Shown here in pieces: positions 24,315-35,890 of a stretch of DNA of 64,000 bases (positions within the stretch are counted from its first letter, which is position 1; each line of letters starts with the position of its first letter). The DNA comes from Anthoceros angustus (Eukaryota > Plantae > Anthocerotophyta), in contig VJWM01000126.1 of NCBI GenBank assembly GCA_010909165.1, positions 682,001-746,000 on the forward strand, read 5' to 3'. Made by a program: the position numbers and the translations under genes. A model generated the notes under the pieces. That model searched no databases and was not told the DNA's origin. It saw nothing but the letters and a program-made list of their open reading frames with translations.

Positions 24315-26774
24315 ATGGCCACAGTGTGGCAACCGGACCCGTTGTGGACCCAACAAATTGGTGTGCTTACGGGGATTCTACGAGGAGCTCCCGCTCATCT
24401 TATCTTAGGGAGTCAATCCCTGGGAAACCACTCCAGGTGCAGCAGTGTAAGGAGCACAGCACTTCCACTTCCACTTCCGAGCAAATGTGTGGGTGGGGAG
24501 GAGGAGGAGCAGGAACGCTTGTGGCAACAATTCTTTCTGGACCCTACCATGTGGTGGGATAACAGACGAGATAAGAAGAGCTCCCGTTCGCCTGACTTCC
24601 GGCGGAAGGGGTCCGGCGAGGTGCTGTGGCTGGACAACATGTTTAAGCCAGCTTGGGTTGATGAGCAGCTCGTTTCCTTGAATACGAAGATGGGTCATGG
24701 TGCCTCTGCTTCCGAGTCCAGCTCTCCGGATAAGCCTGAACCTCGCAGGAGCGCAGGATCGGAAATGGGCGTCGTCACAGCTGTAACCGTGAGCACGTTG
24801 TGTCAGCAGGGAAAGCTTTCTGAGGCCGTTAGAGCCCTGGAATCTCTGGCGCAGACAGACTCTGCTATTTCTCGTTCTCTGTTTTGCACTGTGCTGAAAC
24901 TGTGTACAGCTAAGAAGGATCTGGTTGTGGGGCGACGAGTTCATGATCTCACTGTCAAACTTGGGTACCGTTCGAATGCATACTTGGCGAACCATATCTT
25001 ACGCATGTATGCATCTGGAGGTAGGCTAGAGGAGGCGATGGATGTGCTCACCAGGGTGGGGAAACCAGATACTTTCATGTGCTATTCCATGATCTCTGCA
25101 TTCTCTAAACATGGGAAACCAAAGAAGGCCATACAACTGTACCATGAGATGCGTAGGTCAGGAGTGAAGGCGAATAGTCACGTCTTTGTGGCTGCCCTTC
25201 AGGCTTGTGCACTTGCCGCTGACCTGGAATCTGGCAGAAAAGTGCACTGTGATGTGTTGCACAGTGGCATTCCTCTTGACCTGTTTGTTGGCAGCTGCCT
25301 GGTGGACATGTATGCAAAATGTGGCGAACTGAAAGATGCACGCCAGGTTTTTGACAGCATGGCCACGAAGGATGTGGTGACATGGAATAGCCTGATATCT
25401 GGGTATGCAAAATTTGGTGAACTGAAAGCTGCACGCCAGGTTTTTGACAGCATGGCCACGAAGAATGTGGTGACATGGAATGCCCTGATATCTGGGTATG
25501 CAAAACTTGGTGAGCTGGAAGATGCACGCCAGGCTTTTGACAGTATGGCCACAAAGGATGTCGTGACATGGACCGCCCTCATTGCTGGGTATGCACAGCA
25601 AGGACTCAGCCGAGAGGCGCTTGTTTTGTATGGACAAATGGAGGAGGCAGGCCTCATTTTGGCTGACCATTTTACTTTTGCTTGCCTTCTGAAGGCCTGT
25701 GCAAGCACTGGTGCCTTACAGAAGGGCAGGCAGCTGCACTCACAGATTGTGGAAAGAGGACTGCTGGATGACGTAGTGTTGGGCACCTGCCTGGTGGACA
25801 TGTATGCAAAATGTGGTGAAGTGGAAGATGCACGCCAGGTTTTTGACGGCATGAACACAAAGGATGTGGTGACATGGAATGCCCTGATATCTGGGTATGG
25901 TACTTGTGATGAAGGTCGCATGGCACTAGCTTGTTTTGAGGAGATGTTAATTGCCGGTATTCAGCCTAATGATGCTACTTTTACTTGCCTTTTAGTAGCA
26001 TGCAGTCACGAGGGACTGGTCCACGAGGGTCAAGCACTTTGATTCCATGGCTGAACAGCATGGCATCAAACCTACTCTTGAGCATTACAATTGCATGATT
26101 GATCTTCTTGGGCGTGCAGGCCATTTAGATGAAGCAGAGAAGATGCTATTATCATGCGAGGGCCAAAGTAATGTTGTGGGATTGACGTCTTTGTTGAATG
26201 CCTGCAAAAGTCACGGGGATATAGAGAGGGCGATGTGGTGTTTTGAAAGCATTGTTAGGCTGGACCCCTGGAGGCGCCTGCCTATGTGCTCATGGCCAAT
26301 GCCTATGCAGATGCAGGTAGGTGGAGCGATGTAGACAGGATTGAAACACAGAGAAGTGGTAGCAGGAGCTAACAAGAAACCTGCAGTGGCGACCATTGAG
26401 GTGAATAAGGAGGTACATCGATTTCTGGTGGGAGAAAGGAGAGGATATTGCGCTTAAGGTGGAGAGCACAAATGCACGTCTGAAGCAGGAAGGAGGCCAC
26501 GTACCTCAGACAAAGTTGGTGTTGAAGCCACTGTGAGAAGGAAAAGGAAGATGCGCTTTGTGGGCATGCTGAGAAGCTAGCTCTGGCGTTTGGTCTGTTG
26601 AACACTCCGAGTGGGACACCTCTGGTGGTAACGAAGAATCTACGCATGTGCAGTGACTGCCACAGTTCCACGGAGATCATGTCAAGGCTCGAACAAAGAG
26701 ACATTGTTGTAAGAGATGGGTTCCGTGTGCATCGATTCGCAGCTGGTTGTTGCAGTTGTAAGGGTCGACCGTGA
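24315..26774 (+). CDS. PDF-motif + PLS-PPR + E1/E2 + DYW:KP (GRP-type) protein, putative organellar U-to-C editing factor, copy 1
   Basis: A 575-aa ORF holds the PDF motif (24519-24659) and L-S-P-L-S-SS-SS-P-L-S-P2-L2 repeats. After short frameshifts come S2/E1/E2, KKPAVATIEV, HAEKLALAFGL, NLRMCSDCH and CSCKGRP*. Intronless. Confidence 0.9.
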
Positions 26775-27884
26775 GAAAAATGAAGAAGTACGCAGCCAGT
26801 GCTAAGGGTTTACGCCAGAGTATTGCTTTTTTCGTCGGGGTGAATGTTCTTGCTTAACTCCATTCCTGTCCAAACTGCCTACCTTTGGAACAGCTGGAGA
26901 ACTGCCTACCTATCCTCGACCAGCACTCCAGGTCACAAGTTCCTGAAGTTGTCTGCTATTTACAAGCACACTATTGCAGGCTCCCTCCAGGCTTCCATAC
27001 TTGGCATACATGATTATAAGACGTTGTAAGATGTGAGCACTGGAACCAGTTGTAGGGCAGGTATATCTTAGCACCTACCTACCTTCAATGTTGCTTGATT
27101 TGAACATTCGGTGACTGGCATGTCCCAAGCAAGACCAGCTAGCTGTCTTATCCGTTGTCCAGCTGTTTTCGGGCAACACAATTTGTCGATCTCTGCGCCT
27201 GCATCCTCCAGAGAAGCTGAGGTGAAGAGTAAAAAGAGGTAGGTACTCGTTTCTGTCCAATGGCCATATTATTCAACATATTTTTTTTCATAATTAGTGT
27301 AATAAATGATTATATAGTAAGTAAAATATACTAAATTAGGTTTTCCGTACAATACACTTCACCTGGTGGAACAACTATATGACTTGAAAGAAGATCGTCA
27401 TTGAGTACTTTAGGAAATAGCATGGACAGGCCCCAATTACAAGTTTTTAAAGCCAGTTTAACATGTTACTTTCAACACCTTTTGTTTAATTATTTTTAAC
27501 TAAAATAGTTTCAAGAAATAAATTATTCATTTTTGATACATTATTCTACATTGTGTGTTGCATATATGAGTACTCCCTATCGATAGTATATATGGAGGGT
27601 TAGTGTACATTCGACTTCATGAAGGGGCATGCATTCTCATGGTGTTTCTCTGGGGTTCACATCAATAGCTTGCATCACAGTGGAATTTATGTGGTTTAAG
27701 GAAGAAAATGAGGGAATACATAATTTGGGGCTACCAGATGGGCTGTGGCATCATTCATAAGATCGACCTTTGTTTTCTCCGATCATGTGTATGTGGACGG
27801 CAGCCCATCTTTAAGAAGTGAAAAGAATGACAATAGGAGTGACAAGAATGAAAATTTAAAATCGATCTCGCGCCTCATTTCCGG

Positions 27885-28135
27885 ATCTTCCTTTTCCTTC
27901 TCACTCAGTGGCTTCAACACCAAGTTTGTGTGAGGTCCAGGTCACAAAGTATCTTAAGTTGTCTGCTATTTTGCAAGCACACTGTTGCAGGGTCCCTCCA
28001 GGCTTCCATACTTGGCATGCATACTTACAAGATGTCGTAAGATGTGACTACTGGAACTAGTTGTAGGGCAGCGGGAGCCTACCACCTACCTTCAATGTTG
28101 CTTGATTTGAACATGCGGTGACAAGCATATTCTAA
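27885..28135. pseudogene. Chimeric fragment: inverted DYW:KP piece (27885-27936) fused to a forward copy of the PPR 3' flank
   Basis: The reverse complement of 27885-27936 is acctcacacaaacttggtgttgaagccactgagtgagaaggaaaaggaagat (cf. 26503-26552). 27936-28135 matches 26927-27130. Confidence 0.8.
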
Positions 28136-28149
28136 GATAGGTGGGGAGC

Positions 28150-29210
28150 CACCTGATCAGGACCAGCTAGCTATCTGATCCATTGTCCAGCTGTTTTCGG
28201 GCACCACATATTTGTGGATTTCTCTGCCTGCATCCTCTAGGAAAGCACTCTTGACGTACCTGTCGGAAAGGGTGCTGCTGATCAGTAAATACTTGGACCA
28301 AGCATTAGTCGTCCAAGCATGATGTAGCATGCGCTGATCCAGGTCTGTTATGCTTGAACACGCTTCACAAATGCTAACCAGCACAACCTGGCCTTCACCA
28401 TCTGACCTACAGTTTGAAGGGCCGCTTCTTCATTTCAATTCACCGAATCCTTCCTAGGCTAGACTTTGTTTTGCTTGCTGTGTGCGGCAGCAAGATGCTC
28501 CATCTTGTGCTGTGCTATGTGCTTTCAATTGCAACTTCTCGGGGTCTCGGCGTTCACAGCGGTTGATGCGCTGATGGTAACAAGTGTCCGCCGAGAATCG
28601 GGTTTGCCCGCGGACCCGATTTTGGCAGGAGCGGTTTTCTTGACGCGCGGGAACACACTTGTCGAAATCTCTCTTCCTCTGGAAAGTTGTGCACATCACG
28701 ACCAGCAAGCCGAAGTGACCCCTGAACTCGGATCTCTGAAATCGTTGGCCGCTGTTACATTCACTGTTACCGAAAGAGAGGAACTTACAACCTCGATTCC
28801 TGCTGTCGCAAGCCTTGATGTGCGATTTCTTGCTGCCTTCTCCTGTCTTCGGTCGGCTCGTGACATCAAGGAAAGGCTCAAACCTTTGTTAGCCGCAAAT
28901 CTTGTGGTGCATATGCACATTCGTATTTTGTATATGAGCTTGGTGAATTTGGCAGTACCTTTATCATCGGGTCCCGAGCACGTTCCCAAACATTCCGCCT
29001 CACCAAGCTTGTAGGGAATAGTGAGTTCTCTGCTTCTCCTCCAAGGAAATCGTCTACTCTGTCCCAAGTAATGTAAGCTAGCCCCGCACAATGTCTTGAA
29101 GGCGTCCATTCTAAATCCTCCTTGCTGAAGTGCTCATCAGGCGGATGCTGTACAGGCAAAGGACATGGTCCTGTGCTCACAAAGTCCTGTGCCATTTCAC
29201 GAACCAAAGA
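28150..29210 (-). pseudogene. MULE-derived SWIM zinc-finger gene/transposase fragment; partial second copy at ~35760-36400
   Basis: LPVQHPPDEHFSKEDLEW..LAYITWDRVDDFLGGE..FPTS..YECAYAPQD resembles the N-terminus of plant SWIM/MULE-derived zinc-binding proteins (At4g13970-like, recalled). Frames are broken. Confidence 0.6.
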
Positions 29211-30121
29211 AAAAGCCAGTCCCGACAGGAATGAAGAGTCTTAAAACAATCGGCCACTTCAAGCAAGCTGAGCAGTCTCCACTTCGAGGGAGTAACGGGC
29301 ATGCAATCAGCTTGCATTCTGTCCACGCTCACCTGTACTTGAGAAAGCCCTGAACACACACAGGCCTGCATCCAAACGCGATTCCATGAATCTGAGGCAA
29401 ACCTGAGGGAATTGCCTCTGGAGAGCTTGGACAAAATGTGACACTTACCCGACGCGGGCCGGACTTTAGACATTGAAAATAGAGCGGGCATCAAGTGCGA
29501 GACAGAACCGTCTTTCTGACACCTGGTTTGTTCTGGTCAGCTGGTTTGTTCTGTCATGGTTCTGTCACCTGAGGTGCACCATGACAGTGTAAGTGCGTCT
29601 GTCATCTGAGCAATCACCTGAAATTTGTCCAGACTCAGCTGCCGTTTCATCCTTGCCGCAGGTGCAAGAGGAATGTGCTTGCATTGACGAAGTCTGTGAC
29701 TCCAAAAACACGACCTAGGGAGAACCTGAGGCTCGTCACCATCAAAATCCCACCAGATGCTGCGGGATCTGATCATGTAAGAGTGACATGACATGTGCCT
29801 GTTGCAGCCTGCTCTGGGTGCACAGGTGATCGGACTTGCCCCGCCCTTGTGACACACCAATCGACGAACGCCCACAGCCTTGCCCACAGGGGCCGGTGAA
29901 TTTGATCAAATTCTGAATCTTTATCAATTCGAAGTAACTCCTCGTTTCCCCTTCGTTTTTGTTATCGGCAAGCACAGATTTGGGGCTTGTCACAAGTTGC
30001 TAGTTGGAAAGCAGCGCTAAGGATCGGAGGAGTGGGGTCACTGGTGTGGTCATACACATGTCTACCCTGGCATCCTGCCGTAGTCTGTTGCTAGACATCT
30101 TCCGACAGCGGTCCTTGAACC

Positions 30122-33100
30122 ATGGCCACAGTGTGGCAACCGGACCCGTTGTGGACCCAACAAATTGGTGTGCTTACAGGGATTCTACGAGGAGCTCCCG
30201 CTCACCTTATCTCAGGGAGTCAATCTCTGGGAAACCAAGCCTCCAGGTGCAGCAGTGTAAGGGGCACAGCACTTCCACTTCCGAGCAAATGTGTGGGTGG
30301 GGACGGGTTATCCAAAGATGGGCGTCGCCAGGAGCAAGAGCAGGAGCAGGAGCGCTTGTGGCAACAATTCTTTCTGGACCCTACCATGTGGTGGGATAAC
30401 AGACGAGATAAGAAGAGCTCCCGTTCGCCTGACTTCCGGCGTAAGGGATCCGGCGAGGTGCTGTGGCTCACCAACATGTTTAAGCCAGCTTGGGTTGATG
30501 AGCAGCTCGTCTCCTTGGATATGCAGATGGGTCGTGGTGCCTCTCCTTCCGGGTCCAGCTCTCCGGATAAGCCTGAACCTCGTAGGAGTGCAGGATCGGA
30601 AATGGGCGTCGTCACAGCTGTAACCGTGAGCACGTTGTGTCAGCAGGGAAAGCTTTCTGAGGCCGTTGGAGCCCTGGAATCTCTGGCGCGGACAGGCTCT
30701 GCTATTTCTCATTCTCTGTTTTGCACTGTGCTGAGACTTTGTACAGCTAAGAAGGATCTGGTTGTGGGGCGACGAGTTCATGATCTCACTGTAAAACTTG
30801 GGTACCGTTCGAATCCATACTTGGGGAACCATATCTTGCGCATGTATGCATGTGGAGGTAGGCTAGAGGAGGCCATGGATGTGTTCACCAGGGTGGCAAA
30901 CCAGATGCCTTCATGTGGTTTCCATAATCTCTGCATACTAAGCATGGGAAACCTGAGGCCATACAACTGTACCATGAGATGCGTAGGTCAGGAGTGAAGG
31001 CGGATGCTCACGTCTTTGTAGCTGCCCTTCAAGCTTGTGCATTTGCCGCGACTTGGAATCTGGCAGAAAAGTGCACTGTGATGTGGAGCAAAGTGGCATT
31101 CCTATTAACTTGTTTGTTGGCAACTCCCTGGTGGACATGTATGCAAAATGTGGCAAACTGAAAGATGCACGGCAGGTTTTTGACAGCATGGCCAAAAAGG
31201 ATGTGGTGACATGCAATACCCTGATATCTGGGTATGCAAAGAGAGGTGAACTGAAAGATGCACGCCGGGTTTTTGACAGCATGAACACAAAGAACGTGGT
31301 GACATGGAATGCCCTGATAGGGTATGCAGCAAGGACTCGGACATGAGGCCTTGTTCTGTATGGACAAATGGAGCAGGAGGGCCTGATTTTGGCTAACCAT
31401 GTTACTTTTGCTTGCCTTCTGAAGGCCTGTGCAAGCACTGGTGCCTTACAGAAGGGCAGGCAGCTGCACTCACAGATTGTTGAAAGAGGACTGCTGGATA
31501 ACGTAATGTGGGCACCTGCCTGGTGGACATGTATGCAAAATGTGGTGAACTGGAAGATGCACGCCAGGTTTTTGACAGCATGGCCACAAAGGATGTGGTG
31601 ACATGGACTGCCCTGATTGCTGGGTATGCACAGCAAGGACTCGGCCAAGAGGCGCTTGTTGTGTATGGACAAATGGAGGAGAGGGCCTCATTTTGGCTGA
31701 CCATGTTACTTTTGCTTGCCTTCTGAAGGCCTGTGCAAGCACTGGTGCCTTACAGAAGGGCAGGCAGCTGCACTCACAGATTGTGAAAGAGGACTGCTGG
31801 ATAATGTAGTGTGGGCACCTGCCTGGTGGACATGTATGCAAAATGTGGTGAACTGGAAGATGCACGCCAGGTTTTTGACAGCATGAATACAAAGGATGTG
31901 GTGACATGGAATGCCCTGATTGCTGGGTATGCACAGAGCCAAGAGGCGCTTGTTCTGTATGGACAAATGGAGGAGGAGGGCCTCATTTTGGCTGACCATG
32001 TTACTTTTGCTTGCCTTCTGAAGGCCTGTGCAAGCACTGGTGCCTTACAGAAGGGCAGGCAGCTGCACTCAGATTGTCAAAAGGACTGCTGGATAACGTA
32101 TTGGGCACCTGCCTGGTGGACATGTATGCAAAATGTGGTGAACTGGAAGATGCACCAGGTTTTTGACAGCATGGCCACAAAGGATGTGGTGACATGGAAT
32201 GCCCTGATATCTGGGTATGCAAAATGGTGAACTGAAGATGCACCAGGTTTTTGACAGCATGAACAAGAATGTGGTGACATGGAATGCCCTGATTGCTGGG
32301 TATGCACAGCAAGGCTCGGACATGAGGCGCTTGTTCTGTATGGACAAATGGAGCAGGAGGGCCTGATTTTGGCTAACCATGTTACTTTTGCTTGCCTTCT
32401 GAAGGCCTGTGCAAGCACTGGTGCCTTACAGAAGGGCAGGCAGCTGCACTGATTGTTGAAGAGGACTGCTGGATAACGTAGTGTTGGGCAACTGCCTGGT
32501 GGACATGTATGCAAAATGTGGTGAACTGGAAGATGCACGCCAGGTTTTTGACAGCATGGCAAAGGATGTGGTGACATGGATGCCCTGATTGCTGGGTATG
32601 CACAGCAAGGACTCACAAGGCGCTTGTTGTGTATGGACAAATGGAGGAGAGGGCCTCATTTTGGCTAACCATGTTACTTTTGCTTGCCTTCTGAAGGCCT
32701 GTGCAAGCACTGGTGCCTTACAGAAGGGCAGGCAGCTGCACTCACAGATTGTCGAAGAGGACTGCTGGATAATGTAGTGGGCACCTGCCTGGTGGACATG
32801 TATGCAAAATGTGGTGAACTGGAAGATGCACGCCAGGTTTTTGACAGCTTGGCCACAAAGGATGTGGTGACATGGAATGCCCTGATTGCTGGGTATGCAC
32901 AGCAAGACTTGGCCAAGGCGCTTGTTCTGTATGGACAAATGGAGCAGGAGGGCCTCATTTTGGCTGATGTTACTTTTGCTTGCCTTCTGAAGGCCTGTGC
33001 AAGCACTGGTGCCTTACAGGGCAGGCAGCTGCACTGATTGTCAGAGGACTGCTGGATAACGTAGTGTGGGCAACTGCCTGGTGGACATGTATGCAAAATG

Positions 33101-34348
33101 TGGTGAACTGGAAGATGCACGCCAGGTTTTTGACAGCATGAATAAAGGATGTGGTGACATGGATGCCCTGATATCTGGGTATGCAGGGGACTCGCCAGAG
33201 GCGCTTGTTCTGTATGGACAAATGGAGCAGGGCTCATTTTGGCTGACATGTTACTTTTGCTTGCCTTCTGAAGGCCTGTGCAAGCACTGGTGCCTTACAG
33301 AAGGGCAGGCAGCTGCACTCTGATTGGAAAAGGACTGCTGGATAACGTAGTGTTGGGCACCTGCCTGGTGGACATGTATGCAAAATGTGGTGAACTGGAA
33401 GATGCACGCCAGGTTTTGACAGCATGAATACAAAGGATGTGGTGACATGGATGCCCTGATTTCTGGGTATGGTAACTGTGATGATGGTCACGGAGCACTA
33501 GCTTGTTTTGAGGAGATGTTAGTTGCTGGTTTTCAGCCTGATGGTGCTACTTTTACTTGCCTTCTAGTAGCATGCAGTCACGAGGGACTGGTCCAGGAGG
33601 GTCGCAAGCACTTTGATTCCATGGCTGAACAGCATGGCATCAAACCTACTATTGAGCATTACACCTGCATGATTGATCTTCTTGGGCGTGCAGGCCATTT
33701 AGATGAGGCAGAGAAGATGCTATGTCATGTGAGGCCAAAGTAATGTTGTGGGCTTGACGTCTTTGTTGAATGCCTGCAAAAGTCACGGGGATATAGAGGG
33801 CGATGTGGTGTTTTGAAAGCATTGTTAGGCTGGACCCCCAGGATGCGCCCGCATATGTGCTCATGGCCAATGCCTACGCAGATGCAGGTAGGTGGATCGA
33901 TGTAGACAAGATCGAAGCACAGAGAAAGGTAGCAGGAGCTAACAAGAAACCTGCAGTGGCCAGCATTGAGGTGAACAAGGAGGTACATCGGTTTCTGGTG
34001 GGTGAAAGACGAGAGGATATTGCACTTAAGGTAGCAAGCACAAATTCACGTCTGAAGCAGGAAGGAGGCCACGTACCTCTCACAAAGTTGGTGTTGAAGC
34101 CACTGGGTGAGAAGGAAAAAGAAGATGCGCTTTGTGGGCATGCTGAGAAACTAGCTTTGGCTTTCGGTCTGTTGAACACTCCGAGTGGGACACCTCTAGT
34201 GGTGACGAAGAATCTACGCATGTGCAGTGACTGCCACAGTTCCACGGAGATCATGTCAAGGCTTGAACAAAGAGACATTGTTGTAAGGGATGGGTACCGT
34301 GTGCATCGATTTGCAAATGGTAGTTGCACTTGTAAGGGTCGACCGTGA
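30122..34348 (+). CDS. PDF-motif + expanded PLS-PPR array + E1/E2 + DYW:KP (GRP-type) protein, copy 2; many apparent frameshifts in the array
   Basis: Same N-terminus and PDF motif (30356-30496) as copy 1. Seven near-identical L-motif copies (gcctgtgcaagcactggtgccttacag at ~31425, 31729, 32024, 32404, 32696, 32993, 33273). Intact C-terminus KKPAVASIEV..HAEKLALAFGL..CSDCH..CTCKGRP*. Confidence 0.85.
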
Positions 34349-34769
34349 GAATAATGAAGAACTACGTAGCCAGTGCTAAGTGTGTATGCCAGAGAATATT
34401 GCTTTTCTCGTCGGGGTGAATGTTCTTGCTTAACTCCATCCCTGTCCAAACTGCCTACTTTTGGAACAGTTGGAGAACAGCATGGCCTTGAGCCTATCCT
34501 CGACCATGTCACTCCAGGTCACAAGTTCCTGAAGTTGTGTCCTATTTTACAAGCACACTGTTTCAGGGCTTCCATACTTGGCGTGCATGCTTACAAGATG
34601 GTGTAAGATGTGACCACTGTTACCAGTCGTAGGGCAGCCTACCTTCAAAGTTCCTTTATTGAGCCCTAGAACGAGGTCCGTCTCAAATCGAGTCGGTACA
34701 TCTGGGAAACAGGTATTTTCGCCTAATTTTGGTACCCAAAACTGCAAAAACTGCTGAAAACGGCCACCA

Positions 34770-35100
34770 TCACCTCCTGCAACTGCATTGCCCCATGCTT
34801 TGCACGTCACAAACAGACCAGTAAAACATGTTTGAAACGATGAGTGAACGTAGGAGAATCAGCATATCATCGGCATAGAGCCGGCGAGATACCTCCCACA
34901 AAGGAGAGAGGCAGGCCGCTTGAGGATTTGAGCGTGAAGGATCGCCCCGTCGTTTGCGTCCGCCAAGTCCTTTTGTGCTGGGGCCCGGTTCCCGAGGAGT
35001 GCCCCGCTGGCGCCCATTTCCCCATGCTGGCCAATGGGAGTGCAGTGCCACCGCGTCGTCGGGTCCTGTACATGCAGTTCCGCAGTCATGGGTTGGAGGG
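34770..35100 (-). mobile_element. Non-LTR retrotransposon reverse-transcriptase fragment
   Basis: RRGDP....LSPL..LYADDMLIL (RT motifs 4-5), frameshifted. Confidence 0.6.
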
Positions 35101-35189
35101 ATTCAAGTTTCCTTACGTTTGTAAGTGTTGTTGTGAGACATTTGGGGTTCAGATCACACCTCTGGTGGAGGCTTCTGTTTTGGATTGTT

Positions 35190-35420
35190 ATGAAGAAGAA
35201 GAAGAAGAAGAAGAATTTTATTGAAGTCTACTAAGGATAGATTTTCGTCATGGGACTTGGTACTTAACAACTTGTACCATGGTGTGCCTAAGCTACTTGC
35301 ACCAAGGGCATCCACTCCCTTTTGGCACCCGATCTAAGTATCGATCCAAGCTCAGGATGCTTAATCATGGCGTTCTTATAAATGTGTGTCCATTTGGCCT
35401 AGGCCGTTTGGACATACATT
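35190..35420 (-). mobile_element. Retroelement/SINE-like 3' end with AATAAA and (TTC)n tail; family copies at 46430-46560 (+) and 47290-47500, 48060-48260, 48845-49040 (-)
   Basis: Shared core atgggacttg..cttgtaccat.gtgtgcctaagctac..gcaccaagggca..aagtatcgatc. The minus strand ends aataaaattcttcttcttcttc. Confidence 0.6.
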
Positions 35421-35785
35421 TATTTGGTCTTCGAGGATGTGATTGTGTGTGAGGAGGGCTTTGAGATGGTACGTTGTTTTTGTACATCAGAGCATTCAAT
35501 GCTCTGCAACACGAAACTTGCAACTCCATTTCCAACGTCATGCCACAACCATCTCTCCATGGATTGAGCCAAATGAGTGTGTGTTGAAAAGTCCTCGGCA
35601 AGGAGATTCTATCTCTCTTTTTTCATAATTTAAATCAATTAATTACAGGTTGAAATACCTTACAAATCGATATCCGCTATTTTCTGCTAAAAAATACCCC
35701 AGAACCGTCCATCGTTATGGGGTTAAATATGCGCCGACTAGCATGTCCTAAGACAAGTGAGGAGCCACCTTATTAGGACCAGCTA

Positions 35786-35890
35786 GGTATTTGACCCATT
35801 GTCCAGCTATTTTCGGGCAAGGTATTTGACCCATTGTCCAGCTATTTTCGGGCAAGGTATTTGACCCATTGTCCAGCTATTTTCGGGCAA
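35786..35890 (+). repeat. Tandem repeat, 35 bp x 3
   Basis: ggtatttgacccattgtccagctattttcgggcaa at 35786, 35821 and 35856. Confidence 0.95.

Noticed and set aside
24315-34348. Calling the GRP PPR genes and the extensin pseudogenes, or invoking programmed frameshifting
   Set aside because: The indels are 1-2 nt losses concentrated in multi-copy or low-complexity sequence, while unique genes (GS1, NAR2, CD36-like, third PPR) are clean. This is typical of unpolished long-read consensus; status cannot be settled without reads.
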